In this document: in pieces, positions 28,036 through 32,000 of the stretch
Position numbering within the stretch: position 1 is the stretch's first letter
Layout of the letters: each line of letters opens with the position of its first letter
Position numbers and translations under genes: made by a program
Origin: Desulfocapsa sulfexigens DSM 10523
Lineage (GTDB): Bacteria > Desulfobacterota > Desulfobulbia > Desulfobulbales > Desulfocapsaceae
Length of the DNA stretch: 32,000 nt
Direction of reading: 5' to 3'
NCBI RefSeq assembly: GCF_000341395.1
Contig: NC_020304.1
Span: 180,001-212,000, forward strand
The notes under the pieces: generated by a model
Databases searched by the model: none
The model's input: only the letters and a program-made list of their open reading frames with translations
Told to the model about the DNA's origin: nothing

Positions 28036-28924
28036 ACAAAGAGAGCAAAGAAAGACTGGCAAAGGACAGGAGAATCCCCCAGCCCACGAGAGCAGCCGTC
28101 AGCCTCGGAGCAAATCCTGCACTCATGGCCATGGCCCCCGCAGTAACCATGGGTGGCATTCCCGCCTCAAAGATGGCAATTCGTGCTTCGGGACCATCAA
28201 GCCCCAGTAGCCGGCAGATCAGAAGAGCTGCAAAGGGAGCAATAAGGAGTTTTGCGATCAGCCCGAAACAAAAGGGGAAGGTCTGGCCCGGTGCCAGTCT
28301 GATTTTCAGCTGCAAGCCAATGGCAAACATAACCACGGGAACCAACGAAGAGGCAATGAGAGACAGACTCCCTGCAATCGCCGGATGCTGCAATGGCTTT
28401 GCTAAAAGAAGAGCAGCAAGTAGCGCCAGAAATGGTGGAAAAGTAAAAATCTTTTTGAGGATGGCGCCTGCACTCTGACGCTGCTGTTCACTGTAGAACG
28501 CCAGCACAAAGGAACCATAGGTTGAGAGAGCAAGAAACGACCCGAACTGATCATAGATTATCCCGTAGGAGACCATCTCTGTGCCCCAGAAAGCCTCGAT
28601 CATTGGAATACCCAGAAATGACGTATTCCCCAGAGGAACCGTAAGAAGAAGCACCACCGTGACTTCACTTGACCAGGCAAAAAGGCGGCTGGCAATAAAG
28701 ACAAGAGCAGCTCCCAGAGACGTCATCAGCCAGGGTATAATAAGAAGAACAAACAGATCTGTTGAAAAGGAGAGCGTAGGTACCTGACGCAGGATAAGGG
28801 CCGGAAGAGCAACCCAGATAACATAGAGGTTCAGGGTCACAGGCGCATTATCGGCAAAAATTGTCAATCTTTGCAACCCCATGCCGACAGCAAGACAGAT
28901 AAAAATAAGAATAAAATTTTCCAT
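28028..28924 (-). CDS. AEC family (auxin efflux carrier-like) transporter
   Basis: 298 aa with 10 hydrophobic segments, LGNTSFLGIPMIEAFWG and IFEAGMPPMVTAGAMA. Confidence 0.88.
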   Translation of the reverse strand: MENFILIFICLAVGMGLQRLTIFADNAPVTLNLYVIWVALPALILRQVPTLSFSTDLFVLLIIPWLMTSLGAALVFIASRLFAWSSEVTVVLLLTVPLGNTSFLGIPMIEAFWGTEMVSYGIIYDQFGSFLALSTYGSFVLAFYSEQQRQSAGAILKKIFTFPPFLALLAALLLAKPLQHPAIAGSLSLIASSLVPVVMFAIGLQLKIRLAPGQTFPFCFGLIAKLLIAPFAALLICRLLGLDGPEARIAIFEAGMPPMVTAGAMAMSAGFAPRLTAALVGWGILLSFASLSLLSLFI

Positions 28925-29020
28925 AAGTCAGAAACTCAATATTTATGATGAAAGACGAAAGATCAGGCGGACGAATTGCAAAATATTTTCACAATCGTCA
29001 GAAATATCGTATAATACACC

Positions 29021-29188
29021 ATGTATAAAATACTTATGAGTGATTCGCCTCAAAAACTTGAACTTGAAGTTCAAAGATATTTAAAAAATGGATGGTCCGT
29101 TGCCGGCGGGGTTGCTATCTCACCTGCATCAATCTATTTCCAGGCGGTATTCAACTCCACCAAAATTAAATTTCATCAAAAGAAATAA
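29021..29188 (+). CDS. Small DUF1737-like protein (55 aa)
   Basis: MYKILMSDSPQKLELEVQRYLKNGWSVAGGVAISPASIYFQAVFNSTKIKFHQKK*. The GW..xGGV...YFQA pattern resembles DUF1737. Below the ORF track's length cut-off. Confidence 0.6.
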   Translation: MYKILMSDSPQKLELEVQRYLKNGWSVAGGVAISPASIYFQAVFNSTKIKFHQKK

Positions 29189-29491
29189 CCATAAGTCAAC
29201 ACTTACAACATCTCATTACTTCCAATTTCCTAAACGAAACATATCCCGTTTTCATCGACCATCGATGCGCTGAATCCTATAGAGAGTTAAAAAGACCCAA
29301 ATCGGTACACTTCATGGATTGATTCTCGTTGAAGTAATTCCATTTAAGTGGTATTTCTCTGGTCTAAGTGCAATGATATTGCTGGAATTACCTTTTTTCA
29401 AATTCACAGTATCCTTAGTAAATGTTCTCCATGTCAATTATGTTTTTTACTGTGAAACTGTGACTTCCCTTTCTTTTATACTCTAACAGTT

Positions 29492-31612
29492 ATGGATATA
29501 GCGCCACAACAACACTGGACTCTACGAAAACAGTTACGAACGCTCTTCCTGCTCGCTCTCACCTTTGTTGCATTTTGCTTTCTCTTTGGGTTATGGCGCG
29601 TTCAGCAATTCAATCACCACCGTATGGAGATCCAGAATTCCTCCCTGAGACTGCAGCAAAATCTCAAAGCCAATTTTGACAAGACAAAAGCTATTGGCCG
29701 TATTCAAACCCAGTTGCGTCTCTACATGCAATCCGGAAAAAAGGAGCACCTCAGCGAAACCAAAAGTGAAGCAGAAGCTCTTCTTGAAGAAATCACAGAA
29801 GAAAACAAGAATATACTTCTTCAGTTCCTTAAAAAGGTTGATATCCTTGAGGTACGACTTGACAGCCTGAGTGAAAATAATATCAAAATTTTTCAGGCCG
29901 AAAAAAATATCCTGACCAAATCTGGTCAAATTATCAAAACATTGCCCCCAGAGCAGTACTTCAAGTTACGTGCTGTTGTGAGCGACGCCTGCCTTGAGCA
30001 TCACCATCTCTATGTAACGTCCATCATAAGCAACCAAAGTGATACCCTGATTCGAATTCAGCAGCAATTCTCCGAGTTATATGATGAGGTGGACAAACAG
30101 CTTGTGGCATTGATGGCTGTGCTTCCAGAATCTTCCCGTGCCGGAATGGAAAGCCTTCGTGATGAATATTTCACCCTTGAAGATGGTGTACAGACTGTAA
30201 CTTCAATCCGTATCACCATTACTGAAACTCAGAATCAGACAGTGAAGGTTCTGGAACAGATCAATTCTGCCATAACCACAACATCACTGGATCAGGAGGG
30301 AGAGTCTGCTCGTCTCATGGCTGACGGTCTCAGCCTGGCTCAAAGAAATCTGGTTATAATGTCAGTAAGTCTTGTGCTTGCCGCGCTCATGTTCGCGATC
30401 ATCGCCTTTTTCCTCCATACCAGAATGATCAGGCCACTGGTCGATTTTATTGAACTGCTGCGCCGCATGACAGCACTTCTTGCCGGAATGCGGACAAAAC
30501 AGGTATCCGAAGATGAAAACTTCCTCTCTCTTTCCAATATGTCAGACAAACGCCATGATGAGATCGGGGAAGTAGCCGAGGCAGTCAAACGACTGATTCT
30601 GCGTTTACGTGAACTATCCATATTCAGGCAGACCATTGAAGCTGATGAGATGACAAGCGAAATTTATACCCGCCTGGCTCGAATTTTTATGCATAAGCTG
30701 GGGCTTGATACGTTTATCATTTACGAAAAAAATTCAAAATCAAAGGGGATGCTCCCTATCTACTGTCAACCTCCTGAGATCGAGGAGGACTTACCGGACT
30801 TCAGTGTAGCTGACAGGTGTCGGGCACAGCGAACCGGAACCCTTATTACCTCTCAGGATGATCTTTTAATCTGCAAGCAGTTTCCTCTTCATGATGTAAT
30901 GCATCATGTTTGTATTCCCATGATGGTAGGTGGACAGGTCATTGGTGTGGTGCAGTTTTTGTATTCAATAGATCTTTCCCGGAGTGAGCACCTGAAAATC
31001 ACGAGGGCTATTGAAGAGGCTCGACACTATATTCTTGAAGCCCTGCCGGTGCTGCAGAGCAAACATCTTGCAGAAAAGCTTGAAGAGATGGCAACAGAGG
31101 ATCAGCTCACCGGATTATATAACAGGCGCTATCTTGAATCGTCCCTTGAACAGATCGTAGCCGGTGTACAGCGACGTCAGACAAAGCTTGGAGTTCTGAT
31201 GTGTGATATGGACTATTTTAAACAGGTAAACGACAATTACGGACATGACGCCGGCGATGCAGTACTTATCCAGTTGGCTCAACTGTTGTCCGATTCTGTC
31301 AGAAAATCTGATATGGTTATTCGTTTTGGAGGGGAGGAATTTCTTATTCTGCTGGTTGATTGCCAGGATTCCCAGGCAGCTCAGCTAGGAGAAAAAGTAC
31401 GAAAAGTAGTCGAGGAGCACAAGTTCCAGATCGGTGGTCAGTCCATACAAAAAACTTTGAGTATTGGGGTCTCGGAATTCCCCATTGACTCCGCCAAAGG
31501 AATCTGGGAAGTGATCAAACACGCTGATGTTGCACTTTACAAGGCTAAGGAACAGGGAAGAAACAGGGTGGTTGAATTCAACCTGGAAATGTGGCCCGGT
31601 GATTCCTACTAA
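29492..31612 (+). CDS. Membrane diguanylate cyclase (sensor, HAMP, GAF-like, GGDEF)
   Basis: Two TM segments, HAMP-like region, CDMDYFKQVNDNYGHDAGDAVL and active-site RFGGEEFLILL. Confidence 0.94.
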   Translation: MDIAPQQHWTLRKQLRTLFLLALTFVAFCFLFGLWRVQQFNHHRMEIQNSSLRLQQNLKANFDKTKAIGRIQTQLRLYMQSGKKEHLSETKSEAEALLEEITEENKNILLQFLKKVDILEVRLDSLSENNIKIFQAEKNILTKSGQIIKTLPPEQYFKLRAVVSDACLEHHHLYVTSIISNQSDTLIRIQQQFSELYDEVDKQLVALMAVLPESSRAGMESLRDEYFTLEDGVQTVTSIRITITETQNQTVKVLEQINSAITTTSLDQEGESARLMADGLSLAQRNLVIMSVSLVLAALMFAIIAFFLHTRMIRPLVDFIELLRRMTALLAGMRTKQVSEDENFLSLSNMSDKRHDEIGEVAEAVKRLILRLRELSIFRQTIEADEMTSEIYTRLARIFMHKLGLDTFIIYEKNSKSKGMLPIYCQPPEIEEDLPDFSVADRCRAQRTGTLITSQDDLLICKQFPLHDVMHHVCIPMMVGGQVIGVVQFLYSIDLSRSEHLKITRAIEEARHYILEALPVLQSKHLAEKLEEMATEDQLTGLYNRRYLESSLEQIVAGVQRRQTKLGVLMCDMDYFKQVNDNYGHDAGDAVLIQLAQLLSDSVRKSDMVIRFGGEEFLILLVDCQDSQAAQLGEKVRKVVEEHKFQIGGQSIQKTLSIGVSEFPIDSAKGIWEVIKHADVALYKAKEQGRNRVVEFNLEMWPGDSY

Positions 31613-31692
31613 CAGCCGTTACAGGCTCAACAACACCCCCGTATTAATAATTTGACTGCATACCAAGCGCAGCCATTTTTGTTCGTCATCAG

Positions 31693-31740
31693 AATCCCCC
31701 TGCCCATATCAGATATGATCTGCACAGGGGGATTTTCTTT
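31693..31740 (+). terminator. Rho-independent terminator downstream of the GGDEF gene
   Basis: Perfect 10-bp stem AATCCCCCTG / CAGGGGGATT with an inner CATAT/ATATG stem, followed by TTCTTT. Confidence 0.8.
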
Positions 31741-31794
31741 TATTCCATCCTGATTCTCCAGCCATTTGTCCGACTAGATACTCAAAAGGACGGA

Positions 31795-32000
31795 CTAGAA
31801 GCGGACATCCATCAGAAAATAGTAGTTATCAAGGGTTGCATCAGACTCAATGGGGGCACCAATATGCTGTCCACTCCCGCTGTAATCGTAATCAATATGG
31901 ATATATCCTGCTCTGAAGAACAGGTACCTGTTTATCGGCTGGATGTAATAGAGATCATAGACACTGCCCCTGGTTGCCAGTTTGTTGAAAAGGTCGGGCG
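31795..32000 (-). CDS. C-terminus of an outer-membrane beta-barrel-like protein (possibly DUF3373), truncated by window edge
   Basis: Minus-strand frame reads PDLFNKLATRGSVYDLYYIQPINRYLFFRAGYIHIDYDYSGSGQHIGAPIESDATLDNYYFLMDVRF*. Alternating residues and a terminal Phe are typical of outer-membrane proteins. Confidence 0.55.
   Translation of the reverse strand, partial: PDLFNKLATRGSVYDLYYIQPINRYLFFRAGYIHIDYDYSGSGQHIGAPIESDATLDNYYFLMDVRF

Noticed and set aside
1-32000. CRISPR arrays, tRNA/rRNA genes, transposases, integrases, toxin-antitoxin or defence islands
   Set aside because: None was recognisable in the sequence or six-frame translations. The possible gene relics show no terminal repeats or target duplications that I could identify.

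Overview
This 32 kb window looks like chromosomal DNA from a sulfate-reducer-like deltaproteobacterium (Desulfobulbaceae-type; inferred from gene style only). The left edge holds a type II fatty-acid/polyketide-like block: ketosynthase C-terminus, hotdog thioesterase and stand-alone PKS-type dehydratase. A GT25 glycosyltransferase, a hybrid histidine kinase and an SBP_bac_3 protein follow. Next is a tight three-gene operon: an MMPL/RND exporter fused to a SAM methyltransferase, a Mo/W-bis-MGD oxidoreductase and a membrane-anchored NodB-like deacetylase. The rest is mostly housekeeping and signalling: amidohydrolase, flavodoxin-like reductase, exonuclease I (sbcB), REC-adenylate cyclase, TrkA-type K+ channel, PilZ protein, pdxH, nitroreductase, YgjP-like metallopeptidase, rhodanese-rubrerythrin fusion, MCP, EamA, AEC transporter and HAMP-GGDEF protein. 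The most notable observations are the exporter-methyltransferase fusion operon, a tandem-repeat Cys-rich secreted protein, and apparent gene relics missed by the ORF track: a frameshifted HgcB-like ferredoxin, a frameshifted livF remnant, and an EamA C-terminal remnant overlapping a terminator. I found no CRISPR array, rRNA, tRNA, transposase or recognisable defence system.
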